From contig JAGGSW010000063.1 in the NCBI GenBank assembly GCA_021158895.1, forward strand, positions 1 to 15,581: DNA of 15,581 nucleotides, given 5' to 3'. The notes under the pieces were generated by a model. That model was not told where the DNA came from. It was given only the letters and a program-made list of their open reading frames with translations, and ran no database searches. The translations under genes were made by a program, and so were the position numbers. This DNA is from Candidatus Odinarchaeota archaeon. Its GTDB lineage: Archaea; Asgardarchaeota; Baldrarchaeia; Baldrarchaeales; DXJG01. Positions 14,965-15,581 of the stretch are shown here, one piece after another (position 1 is the stretch's first letter; the number at the start of each line of letters is the position of its first letter).

Positions 14965-15581
14965 TACCAACCCTCCCAATGCAAAACTTCTTCAATAGGT
15001 TTTCTTGGTGGAGGTGAAGGCTTCTCGTCTGGGTAGCCCACCTCTATTAATGCTTGAGGTTCTACATCCTCTGGGATATTTAAAACCTTCCTAACTATGT
15101 CCTTTGCGAAGAGAGGGGCACATCTCCAACATGTACCTAAACCCTCAATATGTGCAGCTAACAGCAGGTTTTGAATCGCTGCTGCAACGCTTTGAACAGC
15201 CATTACATACTCCGCTTTTTGTCTCTTCTCATCGGGGTATTTATCCATGTCACGCATAGTTAAACAAGCAATTATTAAAACTGGTGCACTAACCATTCTT
15301 TTAATGGAAGTTTTAACTCTCTCTTCAATTTCTTCTTTTGAAAAACCGTTAGCCAAAAGATCCTCCTTAAATTTTTCACCCATACTTACTGCAAGCTTCT
15401 CCTTTACCTTCCTATCTCTTATTATTATGAAGTGCCATGGTTGAGCATTATGAGCCGATGGAGCCCATATAGCTGCTCTGATTAGATTAAGCAAGGTTTC
15501 CTTAGGAATTTTATCTTCCTTAAATTTCCTTATTGTCCTTCGAGTTTCAATTACCTTGTAAAAGTCTGTATTATTTCTCAA
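14964..15581 (-). CDS. Nitroreductase-family flavoprotein, FbiB C-terminal-domain-like
   Basis: The N-terminus has RRTIRKFKEDKIP...LIRAAIWAPSAHNAQPWHFIII, the nitroreductase FMN-binding signature. The C-terminus has GLGTCW and PQALIEVGYP. The apparent TTG start is the last codon of the window, so the true 5' end may lie outside it. The gene is translationally coupled to cofD. Confidence 0.8.
   Translation of the reverse strand: MRNNTDFYKVIETRRTIRKFKEDKIPKETLLNLIRAAIWAPSAHNAQPWHFIIIRDRKVKEKLAVSMGEKFKEDLLANGFSKEEIEERVKTSIKRMVSAPVLIIACLTMRDMDKYPDEKRQKAEYVMAVQSVAAAIQNLLLAAHIEGLGTCWRCAPLFAKDIVRKVLNIPEDVEPQALIEVGYPDEKPSPPPRKPIEEVLHWEGW

Noticed and set aside
1-15581. I looked for a CRISPR array, tRNA or rRNA genes, IS elements or an integrase.
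   Set aside because: I saw no regularly spaced repeats, no GC-rich cloverleaf-like segments, and no transposase- or integrase-like ORFs on either strand.

Overview
This is a visibly AT-rich chromosomal segment, and I read it as archaeal. The reasons are a PriS-like archaeo-eukaryotic primase, CofC/CofD F420 biosynthesis genes, TTTATATA-type boxes 30-45 nt upstream of starts, and frequent GGTGA/GGAGG ribosome-binding sites. All family calls come from motifs read by eye, since no searches were run.

Housekeeping or metabolic genes:
- thioredoxin reductase
- glutamate dehydrogenase
- two MFS transporters
- cofC
- cofD, overlapping a stand-alone FbiB-C-terminal-like nitroreductase
- a PriS-like primase with an unusual Cys-free C-terminal extension

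Four small two-gene toxin-antitoxin-like modules are interleaved with them:
- VapB-VapC(PIN)
- HEPN-MNT
- a DUF6516/TumE-like protein with an 84-aa helical partner
- an RHH-DUF5678 protein translationally coupled to a retropepsin-like (Asp-Thr-Gly) aspartic protease

The last module is the most interesting. It is wedged between the two halves of a split UxaA-family dehydratase operon. The large-subunit gene of that operon is now a pseudogene with three single-base indels. A second, heavily decayed gene for a membrane-anchored or secreted protein lies at about 11.8-12.7 kb. I found no rRNA, tRNA, CRISPR array, transposase or integrase.
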